A DNA stretch of 64,000 nucleotides from Acidobacteriota bacterium. GTDB lineage: Bacteria > Acidobacteriota > UBA6911 > RPQK01 > JAJDTT01. Under the pieces are notes generated by a model. It saw only the letters and a program-made list of their open reading frames with translations. It was not told the DNA's origin and did no database searches. Positions 28,647 through 37,724 of this stretch are shown here, piece after piece; positions within the stretch are counted from its first letter, which is position 1; each line of letters begins with the position of its first letter. The translations under genes and the position numbers were made by a program. Location of the stretch: positions 5,888,001-5,952,000 of the forward strand of contig CBDCJH010000002.1 in NCBI GenBank assembly GCA_965217775.1, given 5' to 3'.

Positions 28647-29222
28647 CTACTGTTCACCGACTTCCGAATCGGGAGTTTCGATTCGGGTTGGTTTCAACTC
28701 ATCGACCAGGAACTCCAACTCGGCCACCAACCGGTTGGACTCGTCATCCTGCCGTTTCAGCCGCTGCAGCGGAGCCTCTTCCTCGGGAACGATGGAGACC
28801 AGAAGTTGGGCCGTGACCTCGGCGTGACACCGGATGTCCAACCGGTAGTTGCCGATGCTCTTGATGGGGTGCTCCAGCGTGATCTTGCGGCGATCCACTT
28901 CGATCCCGTTTGCGGAGAGCAGGTCGGAGACATCTCTCGACGTCACCGAGCCGAACAGCACTCCCGTTTCTCCCGCCCTTCGACTCAGCACTGCGTGCCG
29001 GCTCGTCAATTCTTCGGCCAGAAGCTCGGCCTCTGTCTTGTTTTTCGCCTCCCGCCGGGCCTGGGCCAGCCGCTGCGCCTCCACCAGCTTCAGGTTGGCC
29101 GGAGTAGAAAGCAGGGCCAGCCCCTTGGGCAGCAGGTAGTTTCGGCCGTAGCCATTGGCCACGCGAACCACATCGCCGCGCCGCCCCAGATGCTCGACGT
29201 CACCCACCAGAATCAGTTCCAT
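28647..29222 (-). CDS. rplI: 50S ribosomal protein L9
   Basis: LGRRGDVVRVANGYGRNYLLP, LFGSVT. Confidence 0.97.
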   Translation of the reverse strand: MELILVGDVEHLGRRGDVVRVANGYGRNYLLPKGLALLSTPANLKLVEAQRLAQARREAKNKTEAELLAEELTSRHAVLSRRAGETGVLFGSVTSRDVSDLLSANGIEVDRRKITLEHPIKSIGNYRLDIRCHAEVTAQLLVSIVPEEEAPLQRLKRQDDESNRLVAELEFLVDELKPTRIETPDSEVGEQ

Positions 29223-29258
29223 GGTCGTGCCCCTCAGTGGAAAAACAGTGGGCGGAGA

Positions 29259-29471
29259 TCAGTCCGAGACGTAGGGAAGGAGGGCCAGATGGCGAGCCCG
29301 CTTCAAGGCTCGCTTCAACTTGCGCTGGTGTGGCGCACAGACGCCGCTGAGCCTGCGGGGAGAAATCTTGGCCCGCTCCGGCACGTACTGATTCAGCATC
29401 CTCACATCTTTGAAGTCGATGTATTCGATCTTGTCGGCGCAGAACTTGCAAAACCTGCGTCTTCTAGGCAT
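29259..29471 (-). CDS. rpsR: 30S ribosomal protein S18 (Zn-binding form)
   Basis: [30 protein letters not shown]. Confidence 0.97.
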   Translation of the reverse strand: MPRRRRFCKFCADKIEYIDFKDVRMLNQYVPERAKISPRRLSGVCAPHQRKLKRALKRARHLALLPYVSD

Positions 29472-29862
29472 GGCTTGCTTCCCGGGACGTGGAACCCTCT
29501 GCCGGCGCTGGTGATTCCGGCTCAGTCTTCCGTCGTTCCTTCCTCCTCTTTCTACCTTCGGCGCGCTTTCGCTCCAAGTCGACGCGAATGGTGAGGAAGC
29601 GGATGATGGAGTCACTGACCTTGCCCCGCCGCTCCACTTCACGCACCGCGTCGTTGGTGTCGGCCCGCAAGGTGAAAATGACGTAGTGCCCGTCGGTGTG
29701 CTTCTTGACCGGAAAGGCCAAGCGCCGGCGCCCCCATCTGTCCACATTGGCCACCTCGGCCCCGCGTTCCTCGGCGGCCTGGCTAAGGCTGTCGATTATG
29801 GTCTGGATCTGCTCCTCGTCCAGCGTAGGAGCCAGAATGAAAATTGCCTCGTATTCCCTCAT
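29464..29862 (-). CDS. rpsF: 30S ribosomal protein S6
   Basis: [24 protein letters not shown]. Confidence 0.95.
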   Translation of the reverse strand: MREYEAIFILAPTLDEEQIQTIIDSLSQAAEERGAEVANVDRWGRRRLAFPVKKHTDGHYVIFTLRADTNDAVREVERRGKVSDSIIRFLTIRVDLERKRAEGRKRRKERRKTEPESPAPAEGSTSREASHA

Positions 29863-29971
29863 TCGACTGCTCGATCCTCTGTGGTTCGAACCATATTTTC
29901 GGAAGTTGCTCAGTGTAGCACAGCCCCGGTCTTTGCTGACAGCGTGGAGCCGTATCCACCGAGGCCGGCTA

Positions 29972-30028
29972 GCAGTCCGCCGGGATGCAGGGGCGGTCGA
30001 ATGCCGTGAGGACTTTTACCATGGGCTG
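29972..30028 (+). mobile_element. MITE-A right half abutting the hppA stop codon
   Basis: gcagtccgccgggatgcagg...gacttttaccatgggctg followed by CTAA. Confidence 0.85.
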
Positions 30029-32068
30029 CTAAACCAACAGCGGTGCGATCACCAGTGCGACGATGGACATGAGCTTGACCAGGATGTTCATGGACGGACC
30101 GCTCGTGTCCTTGAACGGATCCCCCACGGTGTCTCCCACCACGGCCGCCTTGTGGGCGTCCGAGCCCTTGCCTCCCAGGATGCCCTCCTCGATCATCTTC
30201 TTGGCATTGTCCCAGGCGCCTCCTGAGTTGGACATGAAGAGCGCCAACAGCACGCCCACCAGCATCGACCCGGCCAGCATTCCCCCCAGAGAATGGGGTC
30301 CCAGCACGAAACCGACGATGACCGGGGCCGCCACGGCGGTGATACCGGGAGCCACCATCTCCTTCAGAGCCGCCCGGGTGGAGATATCGATGCACCGAGT
30401 CGTGTCCGGTTCGGCCTCGCCCTCCATGAGCCCCGGAATCTCCCTGAACTGGCGCCGGACCTCCTCCACCATCTTGAAGGCCGCACGTCCCACCGAGGAC
30501 ATGGTGAGGTTCCCGATGAAGAAGGGGAGGGCTCCCCCGATGAAGAAGCCGACAACGACCCGGGGATCGATGAGATCCAGCTGAAGCTGTTTGCCGGGCA
30601 GACTCTGGGCCACGGTCTGAGCATAGGCCGAAAACAGGGCCAGAGCGGTGAGCGCCGCCGAGCCGATGGCGAAACCCTTGCCGATGGCGGCGGTGGTATT
30701 GCCCAGGGAATCCAGGCTGTCGGTGATCTTCCGGACGTCGGGCCCCAAGCCGCTCATCTCGGAGATCCCGCCGGCATTGTCTGCTATGGGGCCGTAGGCG
30801 TCGACCGACATGGTCACACCCACCGTCGCCAGCATGCCCACCGCGGCGATCCCGATTCCGTAGAGGCCTGCGAAGTTGTAGGCGACAAGGATGGTCCCGG
30901 CGATGGTCAGTATGGGGAGAGCCGTCGACTCCATCCCCACGGCCAGACCCGAGATGATGTTGGTGGCGACGCCGGTCTTGCAGGATTCGGCAATGCGACG
31001 GACCGGCTTGCCCGAGGTATACCACTCGGTAAGCAATCCAATGAGGACTCCTGCGACGGCCCCGACCAAGACCGCATAGAAGACGCCCGACTCGAGTTCC
31101 AGCGCACGGACCGCGACCCAGGTCCCCGCCAGCAGGAGCAGGGCGCTCACATACGTGGCATTGCGGAGCACCGCAGCCGGACTGAGATTGCGGAGCACGC
31201 GAATGGAAACCACACCGATGAGCGAAGCGATCAGGCCGATGGCGATGACCACCAGGGGAAACAGCATGTAACGGCTCTTCTCAGCGTCCCCGATCATGAG
31301 TATCTGACTGGTCCCGGCCGCCGCGATGGCAATAGTGGCGATCACCGAGCCGACGTAACTCTCGAAAATGTCCGCTCCCATACCGGCCGTGTCTCCGACA
31401 CAATCGCCCACGTTGTCGGCGATGGTGGCCGGGTTTCTCGGGTCATCCTCGGGAATTCCCGCTTCCACCTTGCCTACCAGATCGGCGCCCACGTCCGCCG
31501 TCTTGGTATAGATTCCGCCGCCCACTCTGGCGAAAAGTGCGATGGAGCTGGCGCCCATGGCAAAACCGTTGATGTCGCGCGCGGAAATGAAGCCGTTGCT
31601 GTAGAGCAGGAAGGCGATGCAGATGCCCAACATGCCCAGGCTGGCAACCGAGAGCCCCATCACGGCTCCTCCGGAGAAGGCCACGTTAAGGGCGTCGCCG
31701 ATACCGGAGGCTGAGGCGGCCTGTGTGGTTCGGACGTTGGCGCGGGTCGCCGCCTTCAAGCCGAAAAAACCGGCAATCATGGACAGGACCGCTCCGGCCA
31801 GAAAGGCCATTCCGGTTCCCGCCGAAAGACTCCACCAGAGCAGTAGGAAGACCACCACGACGAAGATGGCCAGAATCCCGTACTCCCGGCGCAGAAACAC
31901 CATGGCTCCGTCATGGATCGTGTCGGAGATGCGGCGCATCGTCTCGTTCTGAATGTCTATCTTGGTGATGAACCGGTAGATCAGGCCGGCTGCAAGGAGT
32001 CCGGCCAAGGCCACCACGCCCACCGCGGGAACCAGTTCTCCAGGAGAAAGAAAGTTCGCAAAGACCAT
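30029..32068 (-). CDS. hppA: Membrane pyrophosphatase, K+-dependent, probably Na+-translocating
   Basis: [44 protein letters not shown]. Confidence 0.95.
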   Translation of the reverse strand: MVFANFLSPGELVPAVGVVALAGLLAAGLIYRFITKIDIQNETMRRISDTIHDGAMVFLRREYGILAIFVVVVFLLLWWSLSAGTGMAFLAGAVLSMIAGFFGLKAATRANVRTTQAASASGIGDALNVAFSGGAVMGLSVASLGMLGICIAFLLYSNGFISARDINGFAMGASSIALFARVGGGIYTKTADVGADLVGKVEAGIPEDDPRNPATIADNVGDCVGDTAGMGADIFESYVGSVIATIAIAAAGTSQILMIGDAEKSRYMLFPLVVIAIGLIASLIGVVSIRVLRNLSPAAVLRNATYVSALLLLAGTWVAVRALELESGVFYAVLVGAVAGVLIGLLTEWYTSGKPVRRIAESCKTGVATNIISGLAVGMESTALPILTIAGTILVAYNFAGLYGIGIAAVGMLATVGVTMSVDAYGPIADNAGGISEMSGLGPDVRKITDSLDSLGNTTAAIGKGFAIGSAALTALALFSAYAQTVAQSLPGKQLQLDLIDPRVVVGFFIGGALPFFIGNLTMSSVGRAAFKMVEEVRRQFREIPGLMEGEAEPDTTRCIDISTRAALKEMVAPGITAVAAPVIVGFVLGPHSLGGMLAGSMLVGVLLALFMSNSGGAWDNAKKMIEEGILGGKGSDAHKAAVVGDTVGDPFKDTSGPSMNILVKLMSIVALVIAPLLV

Positions 32069-32098
32069 CGAAAACCCACCTTTCAGTTCAGTGGTTAG

Positions 32099-32228
32099 CC
32101 CGCATTTCTCACCAGCGAGCGCGCGCCCAGCGCAGTCTGTCCCGGAGAAACCTTGGCAAAATTCGCGTAAACGCTCAAAAACAGATTATTTTTCATCACA
32201 CGCGTAGCGACCTGGTGAGAAATGCGGG
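32099..32228. mobile_element. MITE-B short form (130 bp) with TTAG target duplication
   Basis: Perfect TIR CCCGCATTTCTCACCAG / CTGGTGAGAAATGCGGG; TTAG at 32095-32098 and 32229-32232. Confidence 0.9.
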
Positions 32229-32807
32229 TTAGAGATCTTCGTATCTCCAACCATTGACCAAGTCCATGGCCCGCAAACAACCCTGGGTCAAAATCGTATC
32301 GACACCCAGGACCGCACGGTCCAATACGGAGTCCAGTACCAGACGCTCATCTCCGGAGAAGGGGGAAAGCAGATAGTCGGTCAGATCGCCTTTCACCGAG
32401 TCGCCGCCCACTCCGATTCGCAACCGGGGAATCTGTTTCGTTCCCACCATTCGAATGATCGATTCCATGCCCTTCTGTCCACCCGAACTGCCGGAACGCC
32501 GGACTCGCAATCGTCCCAACGGCAGCTGAACCTCGTCGTAGACCACCAGGAGCTCCTCAGGATCGACGCCATATTGAACAAGGAGCGAGCGAACCGCCAC
32601 CCCACTGAGATTCATGTAGGTTTGCGGTTTTGCCAGAATCAGGGATCCGCTCTCGCGCTCGACCCGGCAGACTCGAGACTGGCCGGCGGCGGGACCGAAC
32701 CGGGCGGCGCTCAAATCCGCCAAGCGGTCGACCAGCATGAACCCCGCGTTGTGTCGGGTCGCTGCGTACCGGCGGCCCGGGTTGCCCAGCCCAACGACCA
32801 GAAACAC
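32229..32807 (-). CDS. pth: Peptidyl-tRNA hydrolase
   Basis: VGLGNPG..TRHNAGF, KPQTYMNLSG, RLRIGVG. Confidence 0.95.
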   Translation of the reverse strand: MFLVVGLGNPGRRYAATRHNAGFMLVDRLADLSAARFGPAAGQSRVCRVERESGSLILAKPQTYMNLSGVAVRSLLVQYGVDPEELLVVYDEVQLPLGRLRVRRSGSSGGQKGMESIIRMVGTKQIPRLRIGVGGDSVKGDLTDYLLSPFSGDERLVLDSVLDRAVLGVDTILTQGCLRAMDLVNGWRYEDL

Positions 32808-32812
32808 CAGAG

Positions 32813-33469
32813 CTACTCCGCGGGTTGGCTTCCTTCCAACTGACCTTCTCCCGCGATTTCCGGTTCAGCGGTTTCGTCTTCCGGCATGATCTCATCGTCA
32901 GCCGTCTCGACCGATGGAGCCGCTATCGTCAGGACGGTCAGGTCCGGGTCGGAGAGGATTTTCACCTTGTCCGCATCCACGTCCAGTTGCTCCACCCGTA
33001 CCGAGTCTCCGATCTGCAGATCGGTCACATCGGCACGAATGTGATCGGGCAAGTTCCCGGGGAGACACTCCAGATGGATCTCGCGCACTACCAAATCCAG
33101 AATGCCCCCATGCATCGTCACACCGGCCGCCGTGCCCACGATCTCCACGGGGACGTCAAAGACCATGGTCCGGTCCATGGATACGGCCATGAAATCGGCG
33201 TGGAGGAACTCTTCCCCCACCGGATCACGCTGGTGCGCTCGAATCAGGACAACTCTCTCCTGGTCCTGGTACTTCAACTTGAAAATCGTGTTGCGGCCGG
33301 TATCGGAAAGCAGGATCCGGTCCAGGTCTTTGGGATCGACGGAGACGGCAACCGGCTCCATATTGCGACCGTAGACGATTCCAGGTACCCGCCCCGCGGC
33401 ACGGAGCCTCCGGTTGGCGTTCTTCCCGAACTCTTGGCGTATCTGCGACTCCACCGTCAATCGAGGCAT
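32813..33469 (-). CDS. rplY: 50S ribosomal protein L25/CTC
   Basis: GKNANRRLR..VPGIVYG, HADF, LQIGDS. Confidence 0.95.
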   Translation of the reverse strand: MPRLTVESQIRQEFGKNANRRLRAAGRVPGIVYGRNMEPVAVSVDPKDLDRILLSDTGRNTIFKLKYQDQERVVLIRAHQRDPVGEEFLHADFMAVSMDRTMVFDVPVEIVGTAAGVTMHGGILDLVVREIHLECLPGNLPDHIRADVTDLQIGDSVRVEQLDVDADKVKILSDPDLTVLTIAAPSVETADDEIMPEDETAEPEIAGEGQLEGSQPAE

Positions 33470-33549
33470 TTCCTCCAACTCCTCATTCCTGTGTTCGAAC
33501 CGCCCTGAGAAAACGGGCAACTCGCGCAACTCGGTTTTCGCATTCAGGA

Positions 33550-34491
33550 TCAGCTGACAAACAGCCGGCTGACCGAGGTTTCCTCGTGGATCGACCGTAT
33601 CGCCTCGCCCAACAGACCGGCGACGCTCAAGGTTTGAATCTTGGGAATCCGCTTTTCCGGACTGATCCACACCGTGTTGGTGACGACAATTCCTTCGAAG
33701 TGCGATTCGCGAAGGCGTTTCACGGCCGGCCCCGAAAGGACGGCGTGGGTGGCGGCGGCGAAGAGCCTCCGGGCTCCCTGCTTCCTCAGGGCGTCCGTGG
33801 CCTGAACCAGCGTCCCCGCCGTGTCGACCATGTCATCGATGATGACCACGTCCCGCCCGTCTACATCGCCGACGATGCGCATGACCTCAGCCGTGTTCAC
33901 CCCGACCCGGCGCTTGTCGATGACGGCCAGATTAGCTCCCATTCTCCGGGCGTAGAACCGGGCCCGCTCCACGCCTCCCGCGTCGGGTGAAACCACCGTG
34001 GGCCGGATCAACGACATCTTGTTCTTCAAATGGGAGAGGATGACCGGAGTGGCGAAGAGATGGTCCACCGGGATGTTGAAAAACCCCTGGATCTGCCCCA
34101 CGTGCAGGTCCATGGAAAGGAGTCGGTGGGTCCCGGCCGCCGTCAGCAGGTCTGCCACCAGCTTGGCCGAGATGGGCACTCGGGGTTTATCCTTTCGGTC
34201 CTGACGGGCGTAGCCGTAATAGGGAACCACGGCCGTGACTCGCCGTGCCGAAGAACGCCGAAAGGCATCCAGCATGATCAGGAGTTCCATCAGGTTTTCG
34301 CCCACCGGCGGGCAGGTGGGCTGAACCACGAAGACATCCTTTCCTCTCACGTTCTCGAGAATCTGGAAATTGACCTCGCCGTCGCTGAATCGGGTCAGGT
34401 TCGCCCGACCCAGCGGTTCTCCCAAATGGTGGCAGATCTCCTCCGTGAGAGGGGCATTGGCGCTGCCGGTAAAGATCTTCAAACTGGACAT
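33550..34491 (-). CDS. prs: Ribose-phosphate pyrophosphokinase
   Basis: FSDGE, PYYGYARQDRK, SPDAGGVERA, IDDMVDTAGT. Confidence 0.97.
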   Translation of the reverse strand: MSSLKIFTGSANAPLTEEICHHLGEPLGRANLTRFSDGEVNFQILENVRGKDVFVVQPTCPPVGENLMELLIMLDAFRRSSARRVTAVVPYYGYARQDRKDKPRVPISAKLVADLLTAAGTHRLLSMDLHVGQIQGFFNIPVDHLFATPVILSHLKNKMSLIRPTVVSPDAGGVERARFYARRMGANLAVIDKRRVGVNTAEVMRIVGDVDGRDVVIIDDMVDTAGTLVQATDALRKQGARRLFAAATHAVLSGPAVKRLRESHFEGIVVTNTVWISPEKRIPKIQTLSVAGLLGEAIRSIHEETSVSRLFVS

Positions 34492-34547
34492 GGAATCAAT
34501 CCCGCGCCGACACGCTTCCGGATCCCGTACGATCGGAACCGAAGTGG

Positions 34548-35483
34548 TCAGGCCAGAACGTCGAGCCCCGATTCTCTCAGTAGTTTCCTATAAAGTCTGC
34601 TGGAAAGAGTGGAGCAGAACAACAGTTCTCCGCCTTCCTGACAGGCGGGTGGCTTTTCCCCCCGTTGGCGCCGGTCCCGGCACCCCAAGCCCATGAGCGT
34701 CGAGCCGCTCCCACAAACCATGACTCTCTCGCAACCCGAGGCAATGAGGGCTTTTCTCGCCTCGTCGAGAAAGCCGTAGCGCTGGAACAGCAGCGTTTCG
34801 AAGTCGTTCTCCAGATGGGCCCAATGCAGACCGTCTCTGAAGCGTGAGAAGCGATGGATTGTATTCTTCGTCCAGGACCTTGTCAACCTTTCGCCGCCCT
34901 CCCAGACGCCCCAATTCCGCATGGAATACACCGCCTTCGTGGAGAGACCGCGGCCCGGATAAAGGAGCACGATGTCCACTGAGCGCCTGAGGTCGGGCAA
35001 GGGAGTGATGAGTTCTCCCCTACCTTCTCCCAGAGCGGATCCTCCGCGGAAGAAGAATGCGACGTCGGAACCCAGCTCTGCCGCCAACACAGTCAGTCCG
35101 GAGAGACTGAATCCGCAACCCCACAACTGGTTCAGTCCCAGGAGGGTCACCGCCGCATTCCCGGAACCGCCTCCGAGGCCGGCCCCCAAAGGAATTCTCT
35201 TGGTCAGGGTCAAATCCACTCCGGAGGACACGCCCGCCTTCCGCTTCAGCAGCCGGGCGGCGCGGTACACCAGGTTCCCGGGTCCGGCCGGTGCGGCCCG
35301 GCCACGAACCTGAATCCGAATTTCCGGATCTGCCGTGACCCGCAGGATCAGCTCGTCCTTCAGGTCCAGCATCTGGAAGACGGTTCGCAACTCATGGAAC
35401 CCGTCCTCCCGAAGGCCCAGAATCTTCAGGATCCAGTTGGTCTTGGCAAAGGAGGGGAGAGCAAGTGAAGACAACGCAACCAA
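34548..35483 (-). CDS. ispE: 4-diphosphocytidyl-2-C-methyl-D-erythritol kinase
   Basis: AKTNW..REDGFHEL, KRIPLGAGLGGGSGNAA, LGSDV. Confidence 0.93.
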   Translation of the reverse strand: MVALSSLALPSFAKTNWILKILGLREDGFHELRTVFQMLDLKDELILRVTADPEIRIQVRGRAAPAGPGNLVYRAARLLKRKAGVSSGVDLTLTKRIPLGAGLGGGSGNAAVTLLGLNQLWGCGFSLSGLTVLAAELGSDVAFFFRGGSALGEGRGELITPLPDLRRSVDIVLLYPGRGLSTKAVYSMRNWGVWEGGERLTRSWTKNTIHRFSRFRDGLHWAHLENDFETLLFQRYGFLDEARKALIASGCERVMVCGSGSTLMGLGCRDRRQRGEKPPACQEGGELLFCSTLSSRLYRKLLRESGLDVLA

Positions 35484-35497
35484 TCAGACCATGGAAT

Positions 35498-35607
35498 GAG
35501 CGCGCCCAGCGCAGTCAGTCGCCGACAGACCTTGGAAATAGCCGAGTAAATGATGAAAAACAAACGCTTTTTCATCATAAGCATAGCGGCCTGGTGAGAA
35601 ATTCGGG
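35498..35607. mobile_element. Divergent truncated MITE-B copy
   Basis: gagcgcgcccagcgcagtc...cctggtgagaaattcggg. Confidence 0.75.
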
Positions 35608-35638
35608 CTGGTGGATTTCCCGCGACGGCTGCCGCAGA

Positions 35639-37627
35639 TCACGGGGCTTTTGACGAGAGGCGCTGCTTCAGGTCAGCCACCTTCCGTTGCAGTCTTTGGA
35701 ATTCCTCGTCGGTGGCCACGCGCACGCCCCGCTCGTAATACTGAAGTGCGGTCTTGGGCTGACCGAGCTCGATGTACAGATCTCCCAGATGATCGAAGAT
35801 CGTCGGGTCCTCGATCAGCCGAGCCGCCCGTTTCAGATTGACCTCGGCCTCATCGAGGCGATCCAGCTTGAAGTAGACCCATCCCAGGCTGTCCAGATAG
35901 GCTCCGTTGTACGGATCCATTTCCGTCGCTTTTCTGATGTAGGCCAACGCTTCGTGGAGACGGATTCCCCGGTCCGCCCACATGTAGCCCAGATAGTTGA
36001 GGACGCCGGCGTGGTCCGGGTTGGACTCCAGAATCCTCTTGAATTCGGCTTCGGCATCAGGAAGCTTCTCCTGTCTTTCGTAGACGGACGCGAGGCGAAA
36101 CTTGAGGGGTTCACTCTCCGGCTTGAGACCGAGTCCTTCCTTGATGGCTTTTTCGGCTTTCCCGTAATTCTTGTGGTCCATGTAGAGTTGGCTGATGATG
36201 CGGTAATACGTCTCGGGATCCTGCTCACGGGGGAGCCGGCTTTGCACGAGATCCACCCCTTCCGACAGCCGGCCGCTTGCCGAGAGCATCTGGGCTCGCG
36301 TCGCAAGGGCGTCCGGGTCGCGCGGATGGTCCTGGAGCAACTCCCCGGCCAGGGAAAGTGCCTCATCCAGCTTTCCCGCATCCTTCAAGGCGTAGATGAG
36401 CATGGCCTTGTGACGGGGGTCGCCGGGTCGGCCCGCCAGCAACTCACGAAAAAGCCGAATGGCATCCTGGTACTGGCGTGATTCCTGGTGGACGTGGGCC
36501 AGCGTGGTTTGGACCTGCTCTCGAAACTCCCACTCTTCCTTCGACTTCGGGTTGTCCAGATCGGCAAGCAGGCGCTGCAACCGCCCGATGGCGCCCTCCC
36601 GTTCACCTCGAACGGCCTCGAGTCGAGACAACTCCAGGTTCGCCTGCATCTGCTTAGGATTGCTTTCCAGGATCCGGCTGAACAGCTCCGTGGCCTCTTC
36701 GTACTCGCGGGCCCGCATCAGCGCCCGGCCCAATTCAACCACCAACGCCGGATCCTGCGGATTCTGTGCCGTTCCCTTCCGCAGCAGATCGACAGCTTGG
36801 CCGTGACGGCCGTGTTGCCCCAGGAGCCTTGCAGTGTGCATCTGGAGTTGGGGGTCCGCCAGGAGCTGAGGGGCCGACAGATAGATCTCCACGGCCCGGT
36901 CCGGCCGTCCGGTCTTTTCGTACAACCGTCCCAGGGAGCGAATGACCTCGTAGTGATGCTTCTGGACGCTCAGCGCCTTTTCCAGCGCCTGGATGGCCCC
37001 AATCGGGTCGCCCAGCCCCTCCAGGGCTCCGGCATGTTGAAAGTGGGCCTCCACCAGACCCGGCCGCAACTCGACCAGACGCGCCAGGACGGGAGCCGCC
37101 TTCCGGTGCTCGCTCCGCCGCAGATGGAGATTCCCCAGTTGATAGAGAGCCTCGGCATGATCCGGATCCAACTCGATGACTCTGTTCAGTTCCGTGATTG
37201 CCTTCTCAGACAGCCTGTTTTGACCGCCGTGGTAGTTGGAATAGAGTTGGCCCAGGAAGTAGTGGGCAGCGACGCTGTTCGGATCCTTCTCGATGGCCTG
37301 TTCGACCTCGCTGACGGCCCGGGAGACCTCGCCTGACCTGACCAGGATGTGGGCAAATTCAATTCGGAGCTGGATGCTGTCCGGATCGAGTTTCAGCGCC
37401 TTCTCGAACTCGGTGATGGAGAGGCCGAAGTCCTTGTTGCCCGAGTGGAGCACACCCAGGACAAAGTGATAGTAGGCCTGGGCCTGACGGTTCGGCGGGG
37501 TCGGGACCGGTTCGACCGCCACAACGGTTCCGAGAATGACTCCGAATACCAATCCGGTCATAACGGCTCGACGGCTAACGGCAAGAAAATTCAGGCCGAT
37601 AGTACCCAACTCCGCGCGGGACGACAA
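35639..37627 (-). CDS. Exported tetratricopeptide-repeat protein (start uncertain)
   Basis: Many TPRs; C-terminal LNYLGYMWAD..AYLDSLGWVYF..DHLGD. Confidence 0.9.
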   Translation of the reverse strand: MSSRAELGTIGLNFLAVSRRAVMTGLVFGVILGTVVAVEPVPTPPNRQAQAYYHFVLGVLHSGNKDFGLSITEFEKALKLDPDSIQLRIEFAHILVRSGEVSRAVSEVEQAIEKDPNSVAAHYFLGQLYSNYHGGQNRLSEKAITELNRVIELDPDHAEALYQLGNLHLRRSEHRKAAPVLARLVELRPGLVEAHFQHAGALEGLGDPIGAIQALEKALSVQKHHYEVIRSLGRLYEKTGRPDRAVEIYLSAPQLLADPQLQMHTARLLGQHGRHGQAVDLLRKGTAQNPQDPALVVELGRALMRAREYEEATELFSRILESNPKQMQANLELSRLEAVRGEREGAIGRLQRLLADLDNPKSKEEWEFREQVQTTLAHVHQESRQYQDAIRLFRELLAGRPGDPRHKAMLIYALKDAGKLDEALSLAGELLQDHPRDPDALATRAQMLSASGRLSEGVDLVQSRLPREQDPETYYRIISQLYMDHKNYGKAEKAIKEGLGLKPESEPLKFRLASVYERQEKLPDAEAEFKRILESNPDHAGVLNYLGYMWADRGIRLHEALAYIRKATEMDPYNGAYLDSLGWVYFKLDRLDEAEVNLKRAARLIEDPTIFDHLGDLYIELGQPKTALQYYERGVRVATDEEFQRLQRKVADLKQRLSSKAP

Positions 37628-37633
37628 CCGTCC

Positions 37634-37712
37634 GGAATGGAAGTGGGAAGCGGGAAGTGAGGAGCGAGAAATGAGAGCGAAGAGTAGAGAAGAGAGAATG
37701 GTGAACTGGGAA
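37634..37712. repeat. Degenerate purine-rich heptamer tandem repeat
   Basis: AAGTGGG AAGCGGG AAGTGAG GAGCGAG AAATGAG ... AAGAGAG AATGGTG AACTGGG. Confidence 0.55.
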
Positions 37713-37724
37713 ACGGTTTCGGCG

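Noticed and set aside
34492-34547. tRNA-Gln often found between ispE and prs
   Set aside because: The gap is only 56 nt and has no cloverleaf or TTCGA arm; no tRNA called.
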